DNA of 64,000 nucleotides from Akkermansiaceae bacterium (GTDB taxonomy: Bacteria; Verrucomicrobiota; Verrucomicrobiia; Verrucomicrobiales; Akkermansiaceae), in NCBI GenBank assembly GCA_021202525.1, contig JAJQCV010000015.1, positions 5,020-69,019 on the forward strand. Reading direction: 5' to 3'. The notes under the pieces are model-generated. The model saw only the letters and a program-made list of their open reading frames with translations, searched no databases and was not told the origin of the DNA. Below, piece by piece: positions 28,279-37,454 of this stretch; position 1 is the stretch's first letter; each line of letters opens with the position of its first letter. The position numbers were made by a program, and so were the translations under genes.

Positions 28279-29152
28279 GGCCGGGAGAGGGGGATGCCGC
28301 CTCCGCCGGAGAAAAGGAAGGGATGGCAGATTCCGCCACGGGCGAAGCGCCCGAGGACGCGGAAGCTTCTTCATTTTTTCCCGCGGATTGTCCCGATTTT
28401 AAAGGAACTTCCAGTCCGGGGGAAGAAGAATTCCCGCCAGTCCCGGCCACCGCGGTTCCTCCCGACTTGTCCGGAGAGGGCCTGTGCACCGTTTTGAAGT
28501 GGGAATCCGGTTTCTTCTGCAGGTCATGAACGTTCCAGCTGCCGTATTTGACAATGACGCGCGTCCCCACCGGGGCGACCTCAAAGAGATTTGCGGCAAT
28601 CAGATGGGGAATGCGTATGCACCCGTGCGAGGAAGGATGGCCGGGCAGATACCCTTCATGAATGCCCACCGCCCCGTTCACTCTCATGAAGTAGGGCATT
28701 TTGGCGGGTTCAAACCTTTCGCCCGCCCGCGGGGATTCCTTTCTGATGTCGCCGTCACGCTGGCTTCCGTCACTCGCGATAAACGACCCATAATAGGAGT
28801 GATGGTCCCTGTCCTTGGAGGAAATGCGGAAATAGCCGTCCGGCGTCATGCCGTGGCTTTTTCCGGAGCTGATGGGAGCATAGGCTATGCGGTGCGTGCC
28901 GCGGTAGACGTACATCATCTGCTTTTTCTTGTCCACCACGATCAGAAGCTTTCCGGACAGGGAAGGATCATCCTCCCACTTGAGCAGATGGCCAGGAATG
29001 GTTCCCTTCCCCTCAAAATACCCGGTCAGTTCCTCCACGGGCGTGGAGGAAGCGGGAGGAAGAGGCGCATTCCGCCCGGTAATACCGCAGGAGGTTACCA
29101 GAACCGGGATACAGAACAACAGGGCAGGCAGGGAAAAACGGGGCAATTTCAT
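28256..29152 (-). CDS. L,D-transpeptidase (YkuD family) lipoprotein
   Basis: Lipobox LVTSC; catalytic GIHEGYLPGHPSSHGCIRIP; low-complexity Ser/Pro tail. Confidence 0.87.
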   Translation of the reverse strand: MKLPRFSLPALLFCIPVLVTSCGITGRNAPLPPASSTPVEELTGYFEGKGTIPGHLLKWEDDPSLSGKLLIVVDKKKQMMYVYRGTHRIAYAPISSGKSHGMTPDGYFRISSKDRDHHSYYGSFIASDGSQRDGDIRKESPRAGERFEPAKMPYFMRVNGAVGIHEGYLPGHPSSHGCIRIPHLIAANLFEVAPVGTRVIVKYGSWNVHDLQKKPDSHFKTVHRPSPDKSGGTAVAGTGGNSSSPGLEVPLKSGQSAGKNEEASASSGASPVAESAIPSFSPAEAASPSPGHGLPPTE

Positions 29153-29198
29153 TATCTCGTGCGGCAGCATCACTCCGTTAGACAACGGAACGCCGGAA

Positions 29199-29254
29199 AA
29201 AAGAACCGTTTTTTGACGAAACTGTCAACCATCAATCAAAAAAACGGTTCTTTT
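29199..29254. repeat. 16 bp perfect inverted repeat with a nested TTGAC-N6-GTCAA palindrome just past terL (terminator or operator)
   Basis: AAAAGAACCGTTTTTT (29199-29214) and AAAAAACGGTTCTTTT (29239-29254). Confidence 0.65.
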
Positions 29255-29262
29255 CCTTTCCC

Positions 29263-30894
29263 TCACCACATTTTGGCCCGCCTGCGGCGCGGCCGCCCGT
29301 CTCCGGGTCCGTGGAGCAGTCCGTGGGACCAGGCTTCCGCAAAGGTGCGGGCGGCGTCCGCCGTGTGGGAATGGGCGTCATGCACGGGACTTTCCGCCAG
29401 GGAGCCGCCCGTTCCGGGCGGTCTGGACCGGTACAATTCCAGATGCTCCACGCCTCCCGGCTCCTCCTCCCCGCGCAGATTGCGCACCCGCTCCTGGGTG
29501 CGGGCATGGAAGAAGCTGCGCTCCAGCAGTTCCCGGAGCGTGTTGATGCCGCGCCATACATCCGCGGTCCGGGGCACCACGCGCACATTGTCCAGTCCCA
29601 GCCGCGCCATGTTTTCCACGTAGGAAACGCCGTGGGCGTCCCTCCGTGCGGCGTCATGGGGCAGCAGGTGGGCCGTTACCGCCAGGCCGTATTCCTTTTC
29701 CCATTCCTTCATTTTTTCCGCATAGTGGGCCAGGGGCTGCTGGTTGGCGGCGTAATGGTCCAGCCAGTGGATGCTGTCCCCCATGACCTGGACCAGCCAG
29801 ATGGCCGTATGGTCGCTCAGGCCCAGGTCCCATGCCGTGAACGCGGGGGCCTCCGGATCCGCCGGGAATTCCACCCCCACGCGCCCCCGTTCCCGCAGGG
29901 CCATGATACGGCTGCCGTAAATGCTCCCCTCCTCTCCGGTGGAGAACGCCTCCTGGGGGGTTCCCGGATATTCCTGCTTCATGGCCGCGCCCATCACGCG
30001 CGCCATGCGGGCATACCACCGCTTCTGCCCCGCGTCCAGCTTCACACCCGTTTCCCGTTCCAGGGAGAGGAAATAGGCATCCAGTTCCCTGCTCCACCTG
30101 CCGCGCCCCGGCAGGGAGTATTCCTCCTGGTCAAACCAGCTGAAGAAGAAAAACCGGAAATCCAGCGGGGACAGTTCGCTCTTGCCCATGTTTTCCATGG
30201 CCTGCCGCGTCAGTTCGTAGTTCACGCCGTAGCGGCCGCCTTCATGGGTGCTTTCCTTCAGGATAAAGCCGCCGGGCGGCACGGTGTTAATGGCGCCGGA
30301 GCGGATTTCCCGCGCACGCCACGGGGCATGCACAGAGACGTGAGCCAGCTCGGAAACATGCAGGAACTGCATCGTTCCGCCGCGCAGGTTCGTGCCCACC
30401 CTCACGTCGCTGCCGTTGGAGAAGGCCAGCCGGGTGAGCGCCGCTGTACAGGGTCGCCATTCCCCCTTCTTCTCCACGCCGGACATGCGCTTGATCCTTT
30501 CCCCCAGGCGGGCCAGCGCCACATCCATGGCGGATGGTTCCGGCGGCAGGTAGTCCAGATGGTCCCACGCAAAATGGAGCTTGGCCAGCTTTGCCTGGGC
30601 GTCAGGCAGGCTTTTATCAATTATGCCGCAGTGGAAGTTGGAACGGAACAGGCTCATGTCCAGCATCAGCAGGGCCACATACGTGGAGATGCCGAGCTGG
30701 CGCGCCTTCAGAATGTCGTTCCGGTACCACAGCCGCTCATGCAGCCGCCTCTGCGCCTTGTTCATGGAAAAGCGCTGGAGCTGCCCCGCCTTGTTTTCTA
30801 TCCAGTACAGGTGTTCCAGCCGCCAGAGCTGGCTGGACAGGACGGACTGCCACGGCAGACTCCACGATTCCGTCAAATGTTCATGGTTTTTCAT
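29263..30894 (-). CDS. terL: Phage terminase large subunit
   Basis: Q-motif MNKAQ, Walker A ILKARQLGIST, Walker B LHVSE, coupling motif ESTHEGG, nuclease AWDLGLSDHTAIW, PHDA and SHTADAAR. Confidence 0.9.
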   Translation of the reverse strand: MKNHEHLTESWSLPWQSVLSSQLWRLEHLYWIENKAGQLQRFSMNKAQRRLHERLWYRNDILKARQLGISTYVALLMLDMSLFRSNFHCGIIDKSLPDAQAKLAKLHFAWDHLDYLPPEPSAMDVALARLGERIKRMSGVEKKGEWRPCTAALTRLAFSNGSDVRVGTNLRGGTMQFLHVSELAHVSVHAPWRAREIRSGAINTVPPGGFILKESTHEGGRYGVNYELTRQAMENMGKSELSPLDFRFFFFSWFDQEEYSLPGRGRWSRELDAYFLSLERETGVKLDAGQKRWYARMARVMGAAMKQEYPGTPQEAFSTGEEGSIYGSRIMALRERGRVGVEFPADPEAPAFTAWDLGLSDHTAIWLVQVMGDSIHWLDHYAANQQPLAHYAEKMKEWEKEYGLAVTAHLLPHDAARRDAHGVSYVENMARLGLDNVRVVPRTADVWRGINTLRELLERSFFHARTQERVRNLRGEEEPGGVEHLELYRSRPPGTGGSLAESPVHDAHSHTADAARTFAEAWSHGLLHGPGDGRPRRRRAKMW

Positions 30895-33800
30895 ATTCCT
30901 GCATCAATTCCTTCAATAACACGCCCTCCCGGGTCATCGCCCTCAGGGCCTCCGTCCCCCGGTCCAGCGGCAGCCGGAACGCCAGGGGGTCATTCAACAC
31001 GTGGGAAACAAAGCGCAGCCCCTGCACCATCACGGGATGGAACAGGTCCAGCCTGCCGCTCAGATAATCTTCCCTCACGCCCTGTTCCTCATACAGCCTG
31101 ATCACGTCTTCCATGAAGCACCCCACGGCCTGGTCCGCATTCCACCAGTACCGTTCCTGTGCGGCGGCATCACCGAAGGTCTCCAGAATCCGGCCTAGGA
31201 AACGGCCGCGGCTTTCCCGCGCCACGGCGGCGGAAGGTTCTTCACCCGCCCCCGTAAAGCATTCCAGAGGAATGTAGGATTCCCGCTCAGATACGGCGGG
31301 GCGGCCGTTCCCGTCCAGATAGACTCCGTTCCAGGCATGCACCACGTACGGCGCGCGCGCCTCCTTCACGGGGCTTTCCGGAACGCCCGGCATCAGGCGC
31401 ACGGTATGCCCCGGATCATCCGGATCACGGTAAAGAACACAGGTGGCGTACATCGCACGCGCCTCTTCCGGGTCAGGCAGGAAGGGGAGCATGCCTCCAC
31501 GTACTTCCTGCTGCCTCCGGTCCAGCATGTCAATCAGTACTGCCGCTTCATCCAGCGGCACCTCCCGCGTCCATGCGGACGTCACTCCCTCCGGAGCCGC
31601 TTCCGAGTCCACGCGGTATTTCCTCCCCTGCCAGACGATGCCGGATTCCGCCGCTTCCGGGCGGCCTGCAAAGTCACGCCTCACCGCCTCCAGTGTCTGT
31701 ACCGCCCTGACCACGTCCGGACGGCCGCGCCAGGCGGCGGGAGCGGGGACGCCGCGCCGGACGGAAAAGTCATCCTCCACGTAGGAGGGAGCCTCCAGAA
31801 CCGGAGCGGGCAGAGGACCGTCCACCGTCCGCGGAAAAGCGTTTTTCGAGCCTCTGAACGGTTTGCGCACCAAATGCAGGTACAGGCCGGGACGGTCTGG
31901 GTCCGGACGCCAAGCGTTCAGATCCGGGAATTCCTGCAAGGCCCCGGCCAGTTCCGCCATGCGCGCCTCCGCCAGACGCCCCGCCCGGCGGAGGGAACCG
32001 CCTTCATAACCGTCCAGGGAAGACAGAGCCCTCTCCAAGTCCGTCCGCACATGGCCGGGCACGGAGGACAGAACATGCCCCGCCATCAGGCTGTGAGCGT
32101 ACCGCTCCATCATCGGAAGGCGGACTTCCGCACTCCCGTTCCTGCTCCAGGCGCGTTCCGCCCGTATCCGCCCGTTCATTCCCACGGTTTCCCGTAGCAT
32201 GTCCAGAAATCCGGCGTCTGCCCCCTTCCCCTCCTTCAGCGTCCTGTTTAATGCAGCCGCGCGGCGGCTCAGTTCCGCCAGGGGCTGCGGAGCCCTGTCC
32301 GGGCTGGCCGCGCCGTAACGCGCCCATGCGGCCACCGTTTCCGGCACGGATTCATGGTCCAGATTGGCAAAGAAATATTCCTTGGAAAGCTGGGACAGTT
32401 CCTCGATCAGCTCCGTTTCTCCGGGGAACGCCTTGCGGCGCGGGACACGGCCCATGCGCTTGAGCATTTCCCAGGCCGCCTCCGGGGGAAGCTGTTCCGT
32501 GCGCATCAGGCGGTCCCAGACAACTTCCGCCTTGTCCTCAATCAGGGCCAGGGGATTGGTCGTGTTATGCAGGCGCAGGCGGTGCATGACCAGCCCCTTG
32601 GCGGTCATCACGGGCTGGTTGTCCGCATCCACGCCCAGTCTTTGCACGCCGCCCACATATTTGCCGTGGATGTCCATGCGTTCCCGCAGGGCGTCAGGAC
32701 TCATCAGCTTTTCCGCGGCCACACGGCCTGCACCCGTCACTTCCAGCAGGTCTCCGGACCCGGCGGCTCCGCGGAAGCCGTAGCCCGCCCTGAGCATGTC
32801 GGAGACGGCCAGGGCCGTCAGACCGTCATACAGGCAGGGAAGGCGCTCGCCGCGCGCATTTTCCAGACCGCCGAACAGTCTCAGATGCGTAGGGTCCCAC
32901 TCCGGATGCCCGTTGACGGCATGCCACCGCCACCCGCGGATCAAATCCTTCTTGGCAATGCAGGCCGGAGAAAACATCATGGAGACATTCGCCATCAGGT
33001 CCGCCGCGGCTCCCTCCCGCGAGGAATGCCACGCCGACCATGTTCCCGAGGGATAGCGGACTCTCCACAATCCGTTCCCGCGGACGCCCGAGGACTGGAA
33101 CAGGCGGGGCGTCAGGCAGGAGAGGTTTTCCACGGCCTTCTCCGTACCGGGATAGATACGGGGGGCAGGCTGTTCCGGCCCGGCGGACAGTCGGTCCGCA
33201 TCCAGCACGGAGGCAAATTCCGCCGTCCGGCCGGGAGAAGTCTCCAGATACCGGGACAGCAGGCGGGAGTAACTTTCCACCGGCGTATAGCCGCGCCCCA
33301 CGAAAACGTCAAAATCCGCCATGTTCGGCAGCACGTGGAACAGGCTGTTCACGTCCGCCTGAGCACTCCATACGCAGCGGTTCATCTCCTGCAGTTCGGG
33401 ACTGACGGACTGGCGCTCCCTGTCTCCCAGCCGGGACATCATCGCGCTCATCCGGGACAGGGAGGAAACGAGCCCCTCCGGAGTGGAGGAACCCTCCAGC
33501 AGTTCCGGTGCGTTCAGCAGGGAGCTTCCCTCCTCCAGCCAGCCGCGAGCCCTGCCGGAACTGTATTCATCCCGGCAGAAGGACTGCCACAGCCTTCCGG
33601 CCACGTGAACGGCCGCTTCCTCCTGGGAAGCGCCGTGCACGCGCTCCATGACGCCCTCATACACATTCGCGCGGCCTTTTCCGTCCATTTCCCGCGTCAC
33701 GGCGTCCCAGTCCTGCCGGGTAAACTTCACCGCGGCGCCCGCTTCCTCCGGATAAGCCAGCAGAAGCATCTTGTAAGGGCGGGCGGCGCCCTGTTTCAAC

Positions 33801-36034
33801 CTTTCCGCCACAAAGGAGCGGCGCACGTCTTCCGCCCGCATGTCGTAATCCGCCTCATTGCGCAGGCGCCACGGAATTTCCAGGCCGTTCCTGTTGCGGA
33901 TCAGGCCCAGGTCCTCCGCCTCCTTCCGGCACAGGAATTCATACCAGGAGGAAAGGGCCTCCTCCGCAGAAGGCTTTCCGGAAACGCGCTTGAGCGGAGA
34001 ACCCGGAGCGGGGTCCATGCCGTACGCCGTCCTTCCCTCCGCGTCCAGGGATTCTCCCAGGCGGGGCAGCCCGGCGCGGAGCAGCCACCGGGAACGCACC
34101 TCCGCATGGTCCGGATGAGGGGAAAGTTTTCTCAATGCTTCCGCGGATTCCGGGAAGTCAGCCACGCTCCACGGTTTGGAACGCACGGGGGAAGGCAACT
34201 CCAGAAAATCCCGCACCTCCCGTTCCGTCCTTAAAAACGGTTCTCCGGCCTCGCCCAGGGCGCGGGACCATTCCAGCGCCTTCCCGGAAATGTACAGGGA
34301 GCCCCACAGCGGGGAATTGCGCAGGGACTCCTGCAAAAGCTCCCCGGCCCGGTACACGTCCTTTTCCCGCAGAATGCGGGCCGCTTCATCGTCCGGAATG
34401 CCGAATACTTTGAGAGGAGTCCCATCCCCCAGAAGGGAGGACGGATGGCGGAAGTGGTGCAGGGCCGCCTTCCCCGCCCCGATCAGCAGGAAAGGCATCA
34501 TCATGCCGGCCTCCCTCAACTGGTCTTCCGGGGAAAGCTGCCTCTCCTTCCATCCTTCCCAGTCCACGCCGGATTCCTTTCCGGTAGCCAGGCCGACCCC
34601 TTCCTGAGCCAGCATGGGGGTCAGTTCCATCAGCTTGTTCTCCGCGGCCATCTTCACGGCATCCGCGGCAAGGGCGCCCGTTCCGGAAAGAACCGCTCCG
34701 GCGGCGGCCCCGGCACTTGCCGCGGCACGCATGGACTGGAAGGAGCGCATGCCCTGGCCCAGCATTTTCTGCCCCAGCTTCGTCATTCCGAAGGAAAGGA
34801 GGGTATTTGCTCCGCCGGACAGAACGGCCCCGCCCATCTGGGCGTCAAAGTCGCCGTCCGGATTCATGCGCCGCGCATCCGCCATGTGCTGCCCCGTCTC
34901 TCCGGCCATCAGTACGCCGAGCCCCGCGGGCCCGGCAAACGCCAGCGCCGTGGATGCGCCCTGCTGGGCCATGTCCACCATCATTTCACGGAACCACGGT
35001 GCATCCTTGCCCCCGCGCAGGGGGGCAAATTCCATCCGCGCAAAATTCCTCAGATCCTCAAAACTCCGGGAATACCGGTCCAAGGCCTCCTTCGTTTTTC
35101 CGTCCGGCATGACCCAGGCCGCACCGTTCACGGCAAACTGGCCGACATTTTCTGCCGTCTCCGCAGCCCCGCGTTTCAGCGCGGACTCCAGGGCCGTCCT
35201 GAAACCGGGCCGGGAACGCATGTACGGAGCCATCATGCGGAACACCTTCTGCCTGTCGCCGCCGTCCAGCCCAGCCAGACAGTCCACGGCGCGCACGACG
35301 TCCGGAATGCCTTTCACCGGTTTCCAATTCACCTGAACGGTAGGGAAGCCGCCTTCCGGCAGCGCTTCATTGGCCACCAGCCCTTCCAGCCCCTTCCGTA
35401 TCACGTCTGCGGCTTCCGCCAGACGGTTCCGGTCATCCAGCGCGTCGGAGACGGCCCTGCTCCTCATCTTCTCCGCCACGGACCGCAAATCCTCCGGCCA
35501 GAGGGAAACGGCCTCCTGACGCCGTTCGTCCGGCTCTTCCGAAGTTCCCGCCAGGGCCAAGTCATAAGCCTCCTGGTACAGTTCAAACAGCGTCTCCCGC
35601 TGGGAGAGGCGCACCTGGTTGTGCTGGGAGACCGCTACGAACAACTCGTTGTCGGACTTTCCGGAAGCCCCGTACTGGCGCGCCACCTGTTCCCGTATCT
35701 GCCCCCAGTCCTTCCGGATGCGTTCGCGCGGAATCCCTCCGGTGTCCGCCACCCAGGACTGCATCACGCAGGCGGCCACCCGCTCGCCATCCGCCATGCC
35801 GGGGGCGTACATGGCCTCCGCCTCACGCCGCACCTCCCGGGGGATGGTTGCCACATCCCCCGTCAGCACGCTGTTCCAGTACTCTTCCCGCTCCGCCGCC
35901 TCCCGTTCCGCATCCTCCACGACCACGGCAGGCGCGGCCTGTGCCGGGACCGCCTCCGTCTTCCTGGTTTCCTCCGCCAGAGCCTCTTCCTGCAGGAGTG
36001 AGCCGCCCTGCCCTTCTTTCCATTCCGCCTTCAT
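30881..36034 (-). CDS. 1717 aa phage-like large protein, putative internal virion/DNA-ejection protein
   Basis: Uninterrupted ORF; Gly/Ala-rich hydrophobic helices at about aa 355-525; directly upstream of terL. The ORF is secure, the function is inferred. Confidence 0.6.
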   Translation of the reverse strand: MKAEWKEGQGGSLLQEEALAEETRKTEAVPAQAAPAVVVEDAEREAAEREEYWNSVLTGDVATIPREVRREAEAMYAPGMADGERVAACVMQSWVADTGGIPRERIRKDWGQIREQVARQYGASGKSDNELFVAVSQHNQVRLSQRETLFELYQEAYDLALAGTSEEPDERRQEAVSLWPEDLRSVAEKMRSRAVSDALDDRNRLAEAADVIRKGLEGLVANEALPEGGFPTVQVNWKPVKGIPDVVRAVDCLAGLDGGDRQKVFRMMAPYMRSRPGFRTALESALKRGAAETAENVGQFAVNGAAWVMPDGKTKEALDRYSRSFEDLRNFARMEFAPLRGGKDAPWFREMMVDMAQQGASTALAFAGPAGLGVLMAGETGQHMADARRMNPDGDFDAQMGGAVLSGGANTLLSFGMTKLGQKMLGQGMRSFQSMRAAASAGAAAGAVLSGTGALAADAVKMAAENKLMELTPMLAQEGVGLATGKESGVDWEGWKERQLSPEDQLREAGMMMPFLLIGAGKAALHHFRHPSSLLGDGTPLKVFGIPDDEAARILREKDVYRAGELLQESLRNSPLWGSLYISGKALEWSRALGEAGEPFLRTEREVRDFLELPSPVRSKPWSVADFPESAEALRKLSPHPDHAEVRSRWLLRAGLPRLGESLDAEGRTAYGMDPAPGSPLKRVSGKPSAEEALSSWYEFLCRKEAEDLGLIRNRNGLEIPWRLRNEADYDMRAEDVRRSFVAERLKQGAARPYKMLLLAYPEEAGAAVKFTRQDWDAVTREMDGKGRANVYEGVMERVHGASQEEAAVHVAGRLWQSFCRDEYSSGRARGWLEEGSSLLNAPELLEGSSTPEGLVSSLSRMSAMMSRLGDRERQSVSPELQEMNRCVWSAQADVNSLFHVLPNMADFDVFVGRGYTPVESYSRLLSRYLETSPGRTAEFASVLDADRLSAGPEQPAPRIYPGTEKAVENLSCLTPRLFQSSGVRGNGLWRVRYPSGTWSAWHSSREGAAADLMANVSMMFSPACIAKKDLIRGWRWHAVNGHPEWDPTHLRLFGGLENARGERLPCLYDGLTALAVSDMLRAGYGFRGAAGSGDLLEVTGAGRVAAEKLMSPDALRERMDIHGKYVGGVQRLGVDADNQPVMTAKGLVMHRLRLHNTTNPLALIEDKAEVVWDRLMRTEQLPPEAAWEMLKRMGRVPRRKAFPGETELIEELSQLSKEYFFANLDHESVPETVAAWARYGAASPDRAPQPLAELSRRAAALNRTLKEGKGADAGFLDMLRETVGMNGRIRAERAWSRNGSAEVRLPMMERYAHSLMAGHVLSSVPGHVRTDLERALSSLDGYEGGSLRRAGRLAEARMAELAGALQEFPDLNAWRPDPDRPGLYLHLVRKPFRGSKNAFPRTVDGPLPAPVLEAPSYVEDDFSVRRGVPAPAAWRGRPDVVRAVQTLEAVRRDFAGRPEAAESGIVWQGRKYRVDSEAAPEGVTSAWTREVPLDEAAVLIDMLDRRQQEVRGGMLPFLPDPEEARAMYATCVLYRDPDDPGHTVRLMPGVPESPVKEARAPYVVHAWNGVYLDGNGRPAVSERESYIPLECFTGAGEEPSAAVARESRGRFLGRILETFGDAAAQERYWWNADQAVGCFMEDVIRLYEEQGVREDYLSGRLDLFHPVMVQGLRFVSHVLNDPLAFRLPLDRGTEALRAMTREGVLLKELMQEYEKP

Positions 36035-36035
36035 G

Positions 36036-37337
36036 TTACTGTTTCTCCTTCCTGTTTTTCATGTCCCGGAAGCCGACCCATCCGGCATCCTGCATCCGGT
36101 TCTCCTCTTCAAAAACCCGCTCCATCTCCGCGGCGGCATTTGCCGGATTCCTCTTCACGGCATCCAGCAGAGCCCACTGCACCCGCTTCCATTCCTCCAC
36201 GGCCCGCGCATCCGTCACCGGTCCCCAGGCCCCGTTCCGGAACATGGAAGACAAGCGGCGGGAAGCCGCCCGGCGCACCTCCTGCGGCACTAGCTTCATC
36301 GCTTCCCGCCTCTCGGCCAGCATCTTCACCTGCCCGGCGGGAAGTCCGGAAGTGGCCACCTCGATCACGGCGTCCGTATCCCCGTCACCACCGCAATCCT
36401 CGTCAATCAGGCGGGTCATCCGGCACAGCAGCCCCTCGTCCGCCGGGAAGCTGATGCCGGAAAGCTCCGCCTCCCGCATGCGGTCGCGGGCATCCGCATA
36501 ACGCCTCAACTGGCCGGAACTGACCAGGCCGTATTTCTCCGCATTCGCCAGCCCTTCGTCGCGCAGCATGCCGCCGCCGGCCACGGTACGGAAAATGGAA
36601 TCCGCATACCGCCGCTTCAATTCCCCATAGGCCGCCTCAGCTTCCCGGGCCACCTTCCTTTCCATTTCATTCAGGGGGGCTCCGTCCTGTTCCGCACGGA
36701 CGACGGGCAGAGCGGCAGCCGGGTCCCGGCGCACCTCTTCCACAGCCCGGTTCAAAGCAACCCGGTCGCGCGCGTCCTCCGCCATGCGCCCGGCTTCCTC
36801 ACCGGTCACAAATACGCCCGTTCCCTCTTCAATCCTGCGTTCCGCCAGTCCGGCATCCCCCTGCTCCACGGCGGACTCCACGCTTCCGGACCAGGAACGG
36901 CGCGCCTGCTCCACCTGGCCAAGACGGGACATCTTTTCCAGGTAAATGCTTCCGGCGGCGGCCAGATTTTCCCGCGCCGCATCCACACGTCCCTTCACCC
37001 GGACGGACATTTTTTCCGGCAGGTAGGAAGGCAGCCTGTCCGCCAGGGCCTTCTTCCACCTGGCTTGCAAATCGTCCGCGGCGCCGGCGGAATCCAGCTC
37101 CCGCATCACGTCCTGTTCAAAGCGGTAGAGGCCGTCCCGGGCCTCGGCCCACTGTCCGGCGTCCCTCACCTCCTGCATCCCGGCCAGCATGTTCCCTGCC
37201 GTTCCCGCCAAATCCGCCACCCCGGCGGACAGGCGGCGAACGCCTGCGGCCTGGGCTTCCAGCGCATCCAGCGGGATCATTCCGGACAGATCCGGCCCCA
37301 TGCGCGACATTCCAAAATCCTGTATTCGTATAGCCAT
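36036..37337 (-). CDS. 433 aa helical phage-like protein, putative ejection protein
   Basis: Amphipathic Ala/Gly-rich N-terminus, charged helical remainder; first gene of the terL operon. Function inferred. Confidence 0.55.
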   Translation of the reverse strand: MAIRIQDFGMSRMGPDLSGMIPLDALEAQAAGVRRLSAGVADLAGTAGNMLAGMQEVRDAGQWAEARDGLYRFEQDVMRELDSAGAADDLQARWKKALADRLPSYLPEKMSVRVKGRVDAARENLAAAGSIYLEKMSRLGQVEQARRSWSGSVESAVEQGDAGLAERRIEEGTGVFVTGEEAGRMAEDARDRVALNRAVEEVRRDPAAALPVVRAEQDGAPLNEMERKVAREAEAAYGELKRRYADSIFRTVAGGGMLRDEGLANAEKYGLVSSGQLRRYADARDRMREAELSGISFPADEGLLCRMTRLIDEDCGGDGDTDAVIEVATSGLPAGQVKMLAERREAMKLVPQEVRRAASRRLSSMFRNGAWGPVTDARAVEEWKRVQWALLDAVKRNPANAAAEMERVFEEENRMQDAGWVGFRDMKNRKEKQ

Positions 37338-37454
37338 GTTCTAATGGCTTTCAAGCTAGGGAGCGGACGGAACACCGGTCATCCATTCCAAACCGTCACT
37401 GTCTCCCTTACTTGCCTCTTGCCAAAACGGAGGCATTCCAACACAATCCCCTGC

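Larger units (their letters stand above)
29263..37337 (-). mobile_element. Orphan phage-derived operon (two putative ejection proteins plus large terminase); GTA-like module or prophage fragment
   Basis: Three co-oriented, tightly coupled ORFs (1 nt gap, 14 nt overlap) including terL; flanked by host genes; no integrase, portal, capsid or terS in the window. Confidence 0.6.

Noticed and set aside
29186-37454. att sites, integrase or a complete prophage around terL
   Set aside because: No direct repeat at the flanks, and no tRNA, recombinase, repressor or replication gene; both neighbours are ordinary host genes.
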